DNA of 64,000 nt from Cenococcum geophilum (lineage: Eukaryota): positions 15,314,001-15,378,000 of the forward strand of contig CP158635.1 of assembly GCA_050273025.1 (NCBI GenBank), in the 5' to 3' direction. Positions 1 to 12,427 of the stretch are shown here, piece by piece. Position numbers and translations under genes: made by a program. The notes beneath the pieces were generated by a model that saw nothing but the letters and a program-made list of their open reading frames with translations, made no database searches and had not been told where the DNA came from. Numbering within the stretch: the stretch's first letter is position 1; the number at the start of each line of letters is the position of its first letter.

Positions 1-416
1 ATGAGCATTAGCAAAAATCGACTTCTATATGCATCCAAAATTTTGGTAGTGGACTCACCGCGACATGATATGTATGTTCAGAGTCCGAGGCTACCGTGAC
101 TGTGACACCCACTATGCAGAAGAACATGAAGACCAGAGCCCACCACGCGAAATTAGGGAAGCCTCCATGAATGGCAGAGATGATCGAGCTAACGAAGGCA
201 ATAATCCAGGCGAGCTGTTAAAACAGGTCGAATATTAGTCTTGTCGTACATACGAGACCAAGACCGTCAGTCACTTACAATACCAATCGAGATTGTTGCT
301 AACGCAAAAGGGTCTCCCACAATCCGACCAAAGGAGAATGTTGATCTATTCCCGTAACTATGTCCGTTTTCCATTTTGCGAAGCGATGGGGAGGGAATGG
401 AGCCGTAGGATGGCAT
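1..416 (-). CDS. SHO1: High-osmolarity signalling membrane sensor Sho1, 5' part only (runs off the window start)
   Basis: ATG at 416. Exon 416-279 reads [10 protein letters not shown]...[13 protein letters not shown], followed by GT-AG intron 278-215. Exon 214-59 reads [62 protein letters not shown] and FPNFAWW are characteristic Sho1 transmembrane motifs. Confidence 0.9.
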
Positions 417-1811
417 GAAGTTCAGCTTGCGATGTCGGGTGAAGAGCGAAGGAGATGTTGCAAAAGGGCGCGACGACGGCTTAAAGCACACTGTTCGGGT
501 CTTGCGAACGACGTGCGATAAGGTCGAGCTAGGAGCGAATAGAGGTTATGAAGGTTGCCGCAGCGCCTGGCCGAAGACGAGGAGTTAGAGGCGAAAGGTG
601 AGGAGAGATTTTCGACGAAAGGGCTAAAGCAGGCGACGCCAAACAGCGACGACGGTAAAGAAGGCCAGCAACGAACGAGCCCAAAAACACCAAAGACTGA
701 GAGAAAGCGCGCGCACGACGATGGAGCTCGCTGGCGCTATGTGTCGACTGCTGCTCAGGGCGGAGAGTTGAGAGGTCGAGATCGGAGGAGTTGCCAGGTC
801 CCTCGCGCTTCTCTGGCTGTTTCACCCCAACCCGCCCAAGCGTCGGCAATGTGCAGGGTCGACCTGGTTGATTGGCTGGCCTGATGGCTTTAAAAGCGCA
901 CCCAGGGAATTGGCTGACAGTTAAGAGCCAGCAAATTTAAATGGCAGCCAGTGGCGCTGAGAGAGTCCCTTGTCACGAATCCATTGCGGGGGAAGAGAGA
1001 GTGCCAGCACAAAAAGCTGGTCAAGACCCCCGACTCGACGAAATCACGAGTGCACTGCCGCTGTGGGCGAATGGAGTTGACTTTGCTGCTCAAAGGAGCC
1101 ACCCAAAGTGCCACGTTGTTAGAGCAACACCTGTACCTCTCTCTCTATCGCCATGCCCATCTACTCTCCGCTTCCTTCCCCATGGATTCTTTGCCCACTG
1201 CTAATCGACAACACTAGTGCTGAAATTACTTAGAGTGCTCATCAAAGCACATGGTCAATGCGATCCCGTGTAGATCGGGCCCAATGGAGTATTTGAGACG
1301 CTGATGAAACCTTGATCCAACACAATGCTGGAATCGGAGAAGAGAAATCCGATATTCCACAAGCACAACTCCATCATATCGGTATTTGAGTGAGCGGGTC
1401 GCTCACATATTGGATTTATTATCGGAATGCCTGATGCCGAAGTGCCCGGAAGGGGGAACAAAAGCTGACGCACTCATCAGATTCAGAACCCAAAACGCGA
1501 AGAGAAGAAATCTTCTGCTTGCGAAGTAGGGCGGGCTAGCTAGATGTTCTAGAAGAGCGTCTCATCCGCCTCGTCACCAGTCGCCCAAGCTCATTACTTA
1601 TTCGCCATTATCAAGGCTAGACAGATACTGCCCCAGGTTCTGTAGTCGTCAAACCATCTTCATTCGAACTTCCATTCTTATGGGTAGCGCATACTAGCAG
1701 CCGCTGCATCAGAGCCTTGCGTATATCGCAAACAATAATATTGATGTGATGTAATGACGAAGACGATCGTTGAAGGCCTCATAATCCACGCGTAATCGTG
1801 GCCGTGCTGGA

Positions 1812-2480
1812 CTAAGCCTCATTCTCCTTGGAAATCCTGACTTCCTTCCTTCTAACTAACTGCTCAGCCTTCCTGACCCGCGTGTCCCATTCAGCCCAGC
1901 ATCTTCCTTGTCCCAGGATAAAGATCTCGTGCCAACGGAGGACGAGAGCTCCACTTCTCTTCCTTAGATCGGATATCTCTATGGCTTGGGTGAGCTGGCG
2001 CCGCTCTGCTTCTGCGATGCGCGGCTGGAGGGCTGCTAACGCCGCAAAAGACTCCGCGGGCGGAATAGGCAGGTCGTGGAGGGAATTCAATTGTGACGCT
2101 GTTGTTGGAAAAGAGGGTGCTTCGGTGAGGATCATTGCTAGTTGTTCTGCTAGTTCCAGCTCTAGAGACACATCTTTTGCCGGTGATGGAATTATTAAGT
2201 CAGGATATCGAGATTCTACCAATATAGTATCAGTTTAGAGTTCATATTTCAAAACTAGAAGCTACATACTTAACCGTTGTACCTCTGATATGAGCGCCGT
2301 TTTTGATGAGAGACTCAGAAGAGAGTCCTCCAGCTTCTGGATCCTCTCAGGAACGCACAAGGAACGCTTCTGCTTGTTCTCATCCTGCTGTAAATCGCCA
2401 TCAAGAACGAAAGCTACCCGACGCAGTCGCGACTCGAGTAACTCAAGAGTTTGATATGCAACATCGTCGAGGTCGGACAT
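1812..2480 (-). CDS. Dynactin subunit p24-like / nuclear distribution protein RO10
   Basis: Exon 2480-2270 reads MSDLDDVAYQTLELLESRLRRVAFVLDGD, followed by intron 2269-2216. Exon 2 contains LAMILTEAPSFPTTASQLNSLHDLPIPP...GQGRCWAEWDTRVRKAE, which matches the fungal RO10 pattern. Confidence 0.75.
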
Positions 2481-3056
2481 CCTTTCATAAATTTTGCATA
2501 CTCGTGTTTGTGGTTCAAGGAAACGACTCGATGAAAATCGTGCATTGACATTTAGCAAATACTGCCCTGACATGACCCCAGAATTTAGCGGATGGGGTGT
2601 TATTCAGCTTCAGTTCTCGGAGACAGCCCCCACCTAACAACGAACAATATATCTCAGTATTCCACACTAGCATTTTATTTTGCGTCAAAAATTACCAAGA
2701 TGAAATGACTCTCAACGCTATATCCCTTGCAATTTTCCAACCGAGATTCCTCCTAATTAGACAGACTACGCTCCTACATCACCTAATTCAATTGTCCTTT
2801 CTGCATTCAAGTATCCTCCGGCCAGATGCAGTTAACACTCCCGCATATCATCAAGGTTCCGTTTTCTCATGTAGTTTCAATTTTCCGTCTAGTGATTAAG
2901 TTCTAGAGCGTGTAGACCATTCAGCCTATTCAAAGGAATCACGAATCTCAAAAGCCACATTTAGGGAGGTGTCATTCAATGTATCCACCTAGCTCTTGTC
3001 TGTTTGTTACCCTGCAGTCACCAGCCAGCAGCTGTTGACCCGTAGAAACAGGTAAG

Positions 3057-3244
3057 GTTTAAATAGTGTCTTATTAAAACAGGCACAGGGCACGAGGATC
3101 TATTGGTTAAGTGCACTTTCTAGACCTTGGGAAATCGTTGGTATTCGGTGGTGAGGTCAGTTGGTTGAAACCAATAAAGTATCATCTTGGGAGGAGGAGA
3201 TACAAAGGAATTACCAGGGTTTTAATAAAATCACTGTCCAAAAC
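3057..3244. mobile_element. Possible degenerate MITE (imperfect ~25-bp inverted ends)
   Basis: GTTTAAATAGTGTCTTATTAAAAC at 3057 resembles the reverse complement of 3219-3244 (GTTTTGGACAGTGATTTTATTAAAAC). No clear TSD. Confidence 0.3.
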
Positions 3245-3648
3245 AAAAACAACACAAGCAGTCAAGCAAAATCTCAGTGTAATAATTGAATTAATTCGCA
3301 ATATGCCTAATCACGGTTTATACAATACAGCAAATGTACTTTATACCTCAAAGTCATACTCCAGAAGTTGCAACCGAACTCCTTAGCAAAATCAAATGGG
3401 TTTTGGTGGCTTGGCGAACTCTGCCCAGTTCTAGCCGCGACAAAGTGACTTTCAACCCGTGGACGCTATCCTAGAGCCTCGACTGTCACATACCGAGTTA
3501 CCTCACCGTTTCGCTCGTGGGAAGAAGAGTTCGCTTCCTGGTATTTCCACCATCTACCTATCCCCATATCGTTCTTTCAGCATCCCCGTATATGGTCTCG
3601 CGGGTACGGACATCTCTACTGCCACGTATAGCTTCTTAGGTGAAGAGA

Positions 3649-5417
3649 ATGGCAAGCTACGCTGCCATCAACACCGAGCCAGATGATACTGACCCCATGA
3701 CTGCGAGTACTGGCTCCTTAAGAGGTCGACGGTCAGTTCAAGGTGTTGGTACTAGAGAGACCGAACTAACAGATCGAAGGTCTCGTAGAGGGAAGAAAGA
3801 TGCTGGATTCGTTGGTCAGGCAAGCTGGATAAGCAGCGTTATAAACCTCGTCAATACAAGTATGATAATCCCTTAGGAGGACCTTTGGACACTTTACTGA
3901 TATTAGCCGTATAGTCCTTGGAGCGGGTTTACTTGCCATGCCATCCGCATTGTCGAAAATGGGAATACTTCTTGGGATATTCGTTATCGCCTGGGCGGGT
4001 CTGACTGCCGGCTTCGGATTATATCTCCAATCTCGATGTGCGCGGTACATTGATCGAGGGACTGCTTCTTTTGCAGCCCTGTCTCAAATCACCTACCCTA
4101 ACCTCTCGATAATCTTCGATGCTGCCATAGCCATCAAGTGCTTCGGTGTCGGTGTGGGCTACCTAATAATAATTGGCGATCTAATGCCAGGAGTTGTTCA
4201 AGGATTTAGCCCAGGTGCCGCTGAGATTGGATTTCTTGTAGACCGACAGTTCTGGATCACAGCGTTTATGTAAGACACGACACTATTTTTCGAAGATCAG
4301 ACTAATCAAGGTCGTACAGGTTAATCGTCATTCCACTATCCTTCTTACGCCGCTTAGACTCCCTAAAGTACACAAGTATCATTGCTTTAATATCTATTGC
4401 ATATTTAGTTATATTGGTTTTAGCCCACTTTATTAAGGGCGACACTATCCACGAACGTGGAGCTATTCGGATATTCAAATGGGCCGGCCCTATACCTACC
4501 CTTGCCGCCTTCCCAGTCATTGTTTTTGCATATACATGCCATCAAAATGTAAGTTTACGACTTGCGTGACTTGCTCGAACAGGAGCTGAGAGCCCTTAGA
4601 TGTTCTCGATCCTTAACGAAATATTTGACAACTCCCACTTCCGGACTACCAGCGTAATATCCGTTAGCATTGGCTCAGCGTGTTTGCTCTACATCCTTGT
4701 CGCTATCACCGGCTATTTGTCATACGGCGACGACGTCGGCGGAAATATCGTAAACATGTGTACATTGTCCTACGCATCAGTCACTCAAATTCCCTTAGCT
4801 GATATTCTATAGATCCCCCGGCCGTCGCATCAACAATCGGCCGTCTAGCAATTGTCATTCTCGTCATGTTCTCCTATCCACTCCAGGTGCACCCCTGCAG
4901 AGCCTCTGTAGACGCATGTCTAAAATGGCGCCCCGCGCGCCGTTCCCGTCAGAACAACGAGACTTCACCATCTCGCAATGCACTCCTCAATCCTGCCAAG
5001 CCGGGGTCCAGCTTGACAAAGCTTGAAATGAGCGATCTCCGCTTTGCCATCCTTACCACGTTTATTATTGTATTAAGCTTCATTGTTGCCATGACGGTCT
5101 CCTCACTCGAGAAAGTCCTGGCATATGTCGGTAGCACAGGGAGTACTACTATTAGTTTCATTCTACCGGGTTTGTTTTACTACAAAATCTCGTCGCCAGA
5201 TTCGCCGTATCATCAGCGCCTTATGAAGGAAGATGACGATGAGCATGAGTATGGATACGAATCCGGTGATGGAGATGAAGGTATAAGCACGGAGAGAAAG
5301 ACGAGACATTGGAAGAAGGAACTGCTGAGGAAGCTAAGCTTAGCATTAGCGGTTTATGGGTGCTTTGTCATGGTAATCTGTTTGGTGACCAATACATTCT
5401 TAATAGCAGCACATTAA
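3649..5417 (+). CDS. Vacuolar amino-acid transporter (AVT5/6-like, Aa_trans family), multi-exon
   Basis: Motifs ASWISSVINLVNT|ILGAGLLAMP, DAAIAIKCFGVGVGYLIIIGDLMP, FAYTCHQN, FSYPLQVHPCR and YVGSTGSTTISFILPG. Exons are joined by canonical introns; stop at 5417. Confidence 0.9.
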
Positions 5418-5756
5418 GAGATGTCAGGATAGTTTTATGAACAGCGACGAATTGTTATAAACAGCAACGCATTTGAGGCGTTTTAGATCTTTATCCTGGG
5501 ATTTTTGTATGCACAAGTTGATGTATAGTTAGGTTTGACAAATCTCACCCAATTCGAGCAAATGCTGTCCGCAGAAAAAGCGCACATCCATTCTCATCCA
5601 CTCTCAATATTTCAAAGTTCAAGGCCATTCTTACGTATTTATACATTTATAGCTACCACTTATGGGATACCTAGCTAGTATATATACAACTTTTCCCACC
5701 CCCAAAACCGAACCCAAAACGCCGATTCAAACATGCATTAGGTTTTGGGTCATCAA

Positions 5757-6476
5757 TCACTTATTCTGTGGTGCAGGTATCTTCGACCTCATTGCTGAGT
5801 CTGCTTTCATAACTTGCGACTTTATTTGTCCAATGCGATACTTTGGCTCCAAGATTCCGACCTGCATCGAAAATTAAGTTAGCACTCGTATTGATGTCCT
5901 TGTCCATCTATCCCATCAGTAACAGAAGCGGCAAGAGTATCCATCAGATTAGACTGCATTCCTCTGCTAACAACTCCGTTCGCCCAGCATCTGTACAAGC
6001 TTGCCTCGCCATATCACATCAAACGAAGCCAAAATATAACAGGAAAGCCATTTTAGCCTCACCATCGACAATAACCTCCAAGCGGTATCGCTTGGGTGCG
6101 CACCAACTCCTATCCAGTATCGCGTCCGGGTTAAGTCTAGCTTTATTTCTTTGAAAGGTCGCCCTGTGGTATCGCCTGGTCGAGGAGGTTGGGGGAGAGA
6201 ATTATAGGTACCAAGAACCTCGAGGGGCTTGCTGTTACGGGCCGTTCTATAGTAGGTCATGTTAGCGCTTGTGTCAAAATTAAGACGTCTTACGTCTTAT
6301 CAATAGTAGTAAACGGAGGGTGGGGGAGAAATTGAAATGGAATGGAGATTGAGGGTAATTGTGAAAGGGAGAGGGTGAAAGGGATTTTCCAGTATTTACC
6401 GTGCATGAGAGACAACAATATTATAAAATGGCGCGTGGCGCTTGCCAAAGCGAGCGAGACGAATTTTGAGGACCAT
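5757..6476 (-). CDS. MRPS16: Mitochondrial ribosomal protein S16 (bS16m), 3 exons
   Basis: MVLKIRLARFGKRHAPFYNIVVSHAR | TARNSKPLEVLGTYN...RYWIGVGAHPSDTAWRLLSM | VGILEPKYRIGQ...NK*. Introns at about 6399-6248 and 6062-5862. Confidence 0.92.
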
Positions 6477-6698
6477 TGCACCGTATTTGCTGGTTGGAGG
6501 AATGCCTGCGGATGAAGTCGAGAACACTACAATGGAATTTTCAGGAATGGAGAATTGTAAACTTTGGCGTATCGTACACGTATGCCAAGCCTCAAAGCGG
6601 CACATGGGGCGGCCAAGCTACTCCGCACTCTGCCATCGCCTTCTTTCCTACTCACCAACACAACCGATACTGGCATCTCCTTTAGACCTCTATTCATC

Positions 6699-7666
6699 AT
6701 GGCAGGAAACATTAAGTATCAGGCCGCACCCCAACGCGACTCGTTGGAAGAGCAGCACTATTCCCAGGCTCCGCCGTCATACGAAGCCGAGGCGTCAACT
6801 CAGGCAGCCTTACTCGGAGGAGTCCCGCGTAGCGAAGATGATAACATTCCTGATGATTTCAAGGTATTTAGAGGCTTTAAGAACACTCTAAATGCACTTC
6901 GGGCGAGAGCTTGGATGGCTAATATGCTTTATAGTTCGGTGGAGTTGTCTCAGAGGCTACTCTAGACATTCGGATGGCTTTCATTCGAAAGGTTTATGCG
7001 ATTCTGTAAGAACATAACTTATCCTACTTTAATCTCGATTCAAAATGTATCCAGACTGATATACTGTCCAGGACTGTCCAACTTTTTGCCACTGCACTAC
7101 TTAGCTCTGTCTCCTTCTTCAGCACAGGTTACAGAGATTGGATCCAGCGCAACCAATGGATGATGTGGATTTCACTTTTCGGAGCTATAGGGTTCATGCT
7201 ACTTACCTTCTGGAAGCGCAAGTCATATCCAACGAATTTGCTTTTCCTTACTGGATTCACAGTCCTCGAAGCATACTCGATTTCAGTCATAGTCTCCTTC
7301 TACAATGCCAAGATCGTGGTCGAAGCGCTCATCTTTACACTCGGTATCTTCGTTGCTCTAAGTCTGTTTGCCTGCCAGACCAAGTATGACTTCACATCAT
7401 GGATGCCGTATCTCTTCGGAGCTCTCTGGGTATTGGTACTCTTCGGCTTCATGTCCATGTTCTTCCCATATTCCAGCAAGGTCGAATTAGGCTACGGTGT
7501 TGTTGCTGCACTGATCTTTAGCGGGTATATTCTTGTGGATACACAACTAATCATAAGACACTACCACGTCGAAGAGGAGATTGCAGCAGCAATCTCGCTT
7601 TACCTTGATGTAATCAACTTGTTCTTGGCTATTCTCCGGATCCTTAACTCTCAAAGCAACAATTAG
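6699..7666 (+). CDS. BXI1: Bax inhibitor-1 / TMBIM family membrane protein
   Basis: DDNIPDDFK|FGGVVSEATLDIRMAFIRKVYAIL|TVQL..., then KRKSYPTNLLFL, FACQTKYDFTSW and EEEIAAAISLYLDVINLFLAILRIL. Two introns. Confidence 0.9.
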
Positions 7667-8441
7667 GCTCTCTATACGCGGTAGAAACACTACTCTATAT
7701 GGGGACGGACACTCGAACTGGTGCATTCTTTAAGTTGGAAGTTTGGTGGAATGGCGCATTGACAACAATTGTTTTCTTTGCCTGTAATGCTCGTTGCGAT
7801 TAAGTTGCTTTGATCCATATTGTACTATAGCCAAAAACCTTTCTGTCACTTCTACAATAACTTTCCCATCTCCCGCTGAAAGGCCTTCTTAATCCTGCAC
7901 CACTCTTCTTTGCGTGGGGTGTTTCATCTACGGGACAGGCAAATACGGCACGATTTATCGCCATGTGATAAGATGATTGGTGGCCGAATGCAGATGATAC
8001 TCCCGCATTTGGTGGTGGAGCTTATCGCTTAAGCCGGAACTTCTTGGCATTTGGAACAGAGCTGGGAAGAGCGACACCAGAACTGAATCGCAGATCTCGA
8101 GACCACCAAATATCTCGAAAATACCCTGTCAACCCCTTCGCCAGCCTTTAAAGAGAACAAAGTCGTTCGCTATTCCGAGACCTTCCATTCCCCGCCTTTT
8201 GCTATCTTTCAGCGGCATTCCCTCCACTTGTATCCATATCCATCAACGCCCACAAAGTAAAACGTCTTAGCACACCGCCCATCTTGAAACAAGTTCTTCC
8301 CCGCAAACCGGAAGACTCAACATAACAACCGATCCTTTATCTCACCTCTTCTCCTGCCTTTATAGCCTTACACGCTTCTCTATGCGCTCCGCCTTCTAGT
8401 CCCGAATCAATTAATACCACCCCCGCCACCTCAACAACCCC

Positions 8442-10222
8442 ATGGCTGCAAAGGAGGCATTTCCACAGGCGGACAACGGTTTTGCCACCCCTTTTGATTC
8501 CAATTGGGCACTGGAAGAGCAGCAGAATGCCCCGCCTACACGAACTGACTCCCTAAAACCTTATGGTAGCTATGCTCCCGAAAGTGGTGTTCATCGGCTT
8601 GCTGTGAAAAGAGCCAAAAAAAACCCCAAAGATGAGAGTCTTACAGCGACGCTCTGCACATTGATTTGCGAGCACCAGACAGGTATATCAGGCAATTGAG
8701 GTGATTTATCGGACTGAAACTAATTACAAAATCAGGTCTCTCCATAAACCTCCTCCTCCTCCTTTTCCTAACCCATGTTTGCTTCCCACGCGCCAGGCGA
8801 CGGACTGAAAAATTCTTCCACCTGTCCTACTACGATGCGGAAAGCGGCCTTTACACCTCCGGAATTGATGATCTCCCTTTCGTAGTATTTTGGATCGTCG
8901 TCTTTACCGGCCTTCGTGCGACGGTCATGGATCACATCCTGTATCCTCTCGCCAGCTTCGGAGGTATTAAGACCAAAAAGGAGAAGATCAGATTTGCTGA
9001 ACAGGCTTGGCTATTAATATATTATACGGTGTTCTGGACGTTGGGCATGGTTAGTCTCCCGTCCGTCTTACCCACAAACGTTTCCCAATCCGCGTCGTTT
9101 GTTCAATTATATACCCCAAAACCTTAGGCCACCTTTTGACTTCTCTATTTCTAGTATATCATGTATCATTCAACCTACTGGTTCAACCTAAAGGAAATGT
9201 GGACGCACTGGCCCACCCGGAAAATGAACTCTCTTTTCAAGTGGTACTACCTAGTCCAGTTCGCTTTCTGCTTGCAACAAATTCTCGTAGTGAATATTGA
9301 GGAAAGACGGAAGGACTACGCACAGATGTTTACGCACCATATCATCACGAGTACTCTCATCTTCATGAGTTATGGGTATTACCAAATGAGGGTTGGTAAC
9401 GTAATTTTGTGCGTTATGGATGTTGTAGACATCATTCTTCCTGTAAGTCTAACCCGGAGATCCGTAGTAAACACCAAATATCTTGAGTTGGGATATTCGA
9501 GGGGACAAACTAATATTCCATTCTAGGCTGCCAAAACGCTTAAATACCTCGGCTTCACAACCGCCTGCGACATTGCCTTTGGCATCTTTATAGCCGTCTG
9601 GTTCATTACTCGCCACGTCTTCTACCTCATGGTTTGCTGGTCAATATATGCTGACAGTATCCCGTGCACATGCTATCACTCTGACACCGGCATCGTCATT
9701 ACTGCCACTTCCAACCCCGAGGCATATGTTAAAGATGGAGGTAATGCCATCTGGAAGAATATCTTTCAAACGTATCTCGACCCTGAAGGCCTCGTTTGCT
9801 GGAATCCGAGGATCAGATCGAGTTTCCTGGGACTACTGCTTGCGCTCCAGGTCATTGCGCTAATTTGGTTTGCTATGATTATGCGCGTAGCTTGGAAAGT
9901 TGTGAATGGTGGTGGAGCGGACGACTCGCGCTCTGATGACGAGGGAGAGGAAGAAGAGGACGAAATTGATATTGAAGAGTTTATTGAGCCTAAAGTGTCT
10001 CATCTCAATGGGATTGTCAAGGCTAACCTTGGCATGGCGCCAGTAGAGGAAGATGTTGGGGTTGAATCTTTGACTTTTACGCGACGGACAAGCCCTGGCA
10101 TAAGGACCTTCAAGCGGAGTGGTGGAAGAGGAGGTGGCGGGATGGCAAGTGGGATTAGTATTCCTGGCCATGGTGACCGAAAAGAGCTGCTGGGTAGAAT
10201 TGGGTGCGATAAGCCTTCATGA
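8442..10222 (+). CDS. LAG1: Ceramide synthase (LAG1/TLC domain; BarA/Lag1-like), 4 exons
   Basis: RFAEQAW, Lag1 motif EERRKDYAQMFTHHIIT, acidic ADDSRSDDEGEEE segment and C-terminal RKELLGRIGCDKP. Confidence 0.9.
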
Positions 10223-11144
10223 GGCATTCGCATTGCAGTTATCCCTTTTCTTCCCTCCCCTCATACCTCTTACCAAACGGTTAGCACGATTGTTCTATGT
10301 GGCGTTTTCAACTCTTTACACTCACGATTAGGTCGCGTGGCATGGTAAGATTACTTTTCGCTCACAGTCCTTACACATGCCAGCTGCAAAATACACTAGA
10401 GGATAGATGATTATCCCGTGCTTATCTTCTCATGCTTCCGGCGCATCTTTTAGCGGTTACGTTAATGAAGCGAGGTGAACGTAGAGCTCGAACTTGAGGG
10501 CGATTTGATTCACAGCATTATAAGATACCCTTGAGCTGTGCGAGAACAGGTGTTACTTTTCAGTCCTTTTATTGAAATTGCTAGCGCTAGTATTATGAGA
10601 ATACCTTCCTAACTCGACTTCCGCATCCTCGTGTGACTATCATTCCATCTTAATCAAAAATCGGTCAAGTATTATATTGGTGTTGAATTCTTCTCCCGTG
10701 AATAGTCTAAGTCAGCTTCTGTTAAACTGGCTTAGACTCTATCACAAAAAGTTCCCTGTACGGCCTTAGCTATCTCTATGATCCTTCTCAGCAATATCTC
10801 GAGCTCTAATTTCTGTCGAAGGAATGTAGCTCTTCTTACCGGAATAACACGGGCCCTGGCAGCATGGCGCATTCCTACTATAGTCATAATAGTTCGTTAT
10901 TGCATCCCGGTAGCTATAGACCGCCTGACTGTCTACAACGGAATTGGCATTAGCGCCTTAGCATATTGTCAGAACACCACAGGTAAGTATTTGTGCTTTA
11001 CACCCCTACGGTTCACGCAATCAATGCTACTATCACTATGCTGGTTAGTTTCCTCACTTATTCTAATAGATGTTCACTTTGTGAGCAGCGTAGTCTGCCA
11101 AAATGTAGGGCATGTGTTGCTTAATTCTTCTATCTACTAAGGTG

Positions 11145-11581
11145 CAGTGGTCCCAATGATATTTATATCCATCGCTTCTTAACGATATATTCACTCATAA
11201 GCAATGATAACGATTGGATTTTTTAAGATCCTTATGAATGAATATCCATAAGCTTATGAATATATATAGGAAAGCTAAAGCCTCGTGGTGTAGTAAAAGG
11301 ATGCTGAGGCGTATACGTAGTATTAATCGTACGCTCTACATTCTGGTATATACGCAAGAGTAAAAATTTTAATACTTGCCCGCAATAAAGGGGGGGGGGG
11401 GTAAGGGCCTCTAGGAAGCCGTCGACCTTGACAAATAACTACAACACCATGCCAAGACTAGTTATGTAGCTTATATAAGCCATATCGCGAATATCCATTC
11501 ATATCGCGATATTTTAGCTCCCTTAATGATAACCATTGATATTTAGTCAAAATATCAATCCATTCATCACTGGGACCACTG
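11145..11581. mobile_element. Non-autonomous hAT-type element (437 bp)
   Basis: TIRs CAGTGGTCCCAATGAT / ATCACTGGGACCACTG (1 mismatch). Exact 8-bp TSD CTAAGGTG at 11137-11144 and 11582-11589. No ORF. Confidence 0.9.
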
Positions 11582-11958
11582 CTAAGGTGTAAACTGGCAC
11601 TACCGAGCCATCCTTTTGGAACGTTGCAGCGAGTCTGACAACTTTGTAGGCTATACCACCGCTGTGTAAGGGAGAATGTTAGCGGGGAGGCAACTAAAGG
11701 AAGTTATCAAGGGAGCAGGGTGGGAATAGGAGGCCGATGTGCTGGGTAATGGCAGGCCGTTCTTCGCTACCTTCAAAGGGCTATTACGCGCCTCAACCCC
11801 CAATTTCCTACATCACGAGGTGCCAACCGCCGCTTCCGCCACAAAGAGCCAGCCATATTTTGGAGATGATGATCCATCAGACCCAGTTCATTATATTCGC
11901 GATCCTCAAAAACTAATTGCATACCTTGTTCCTCCCCTAAAGCCATACCTTCATAGAC

Positions 11959-12118
11959 CAGTGATGGAATTATATTGGAGCGCGCTAGCACGCCAATTGG
12001 CGCGGAGTTAGCGTGCTAGCTTGTTTAGGTAACCGCTAAGCTTAGTTAGGTATAAACATCTGGATGGCCACTGGAGCGCTGGCGTACTCCACTCCACGCC
12101 AATCCAATTCCATCGCTA
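11959..12118. mobile_element. Small MITE with hAT-like CAG.. ends (160 bp)
   Basis: Left end CAGTGATGGAATTATATTGG; reverse complement of right end TAGCGATGGAATTGGATTGG. It interrupts the coding pieces, but the flanks show no TSD. Confidence 0.55.
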
Positions 12119-12427
12119 TCCAAGCCGCCAGAAGGTCAGAAGGAAGATCGTATGCACAAAATACACCGCAAATGGGAGGAAGATGTACGATCGGGCAAGA
12201 CCAGCATCGCTAAGACGGCAAGCTGGCAAGGTGTTAAGAGCAAAGCTACAAATGGCATGAGTTGGGCCATGTCGCAGACCAAGTCAGCCAATCTGGAGTT
12301 TCTAAACCGCATTGTGAATGACAGGAAAAGTGGTGGCCAGCACACCGATTCTCACGCTGGGGATAGTGTTTCTGAAGGCAAGACAACTTATAAGACTAGG
12401 ATTACAAGAAATGGTGCTGATCTACCC

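Noticed and set aside
10977..10991. ATACTTACCTG on the minus strand, resembling the U1 snRNA 5' end
   Set aside because: No U1A loop (ATTGCAC) or Sm site follows. It is simply the complement of a consensus donor CAG|GTAAGT in degenerate sequence.
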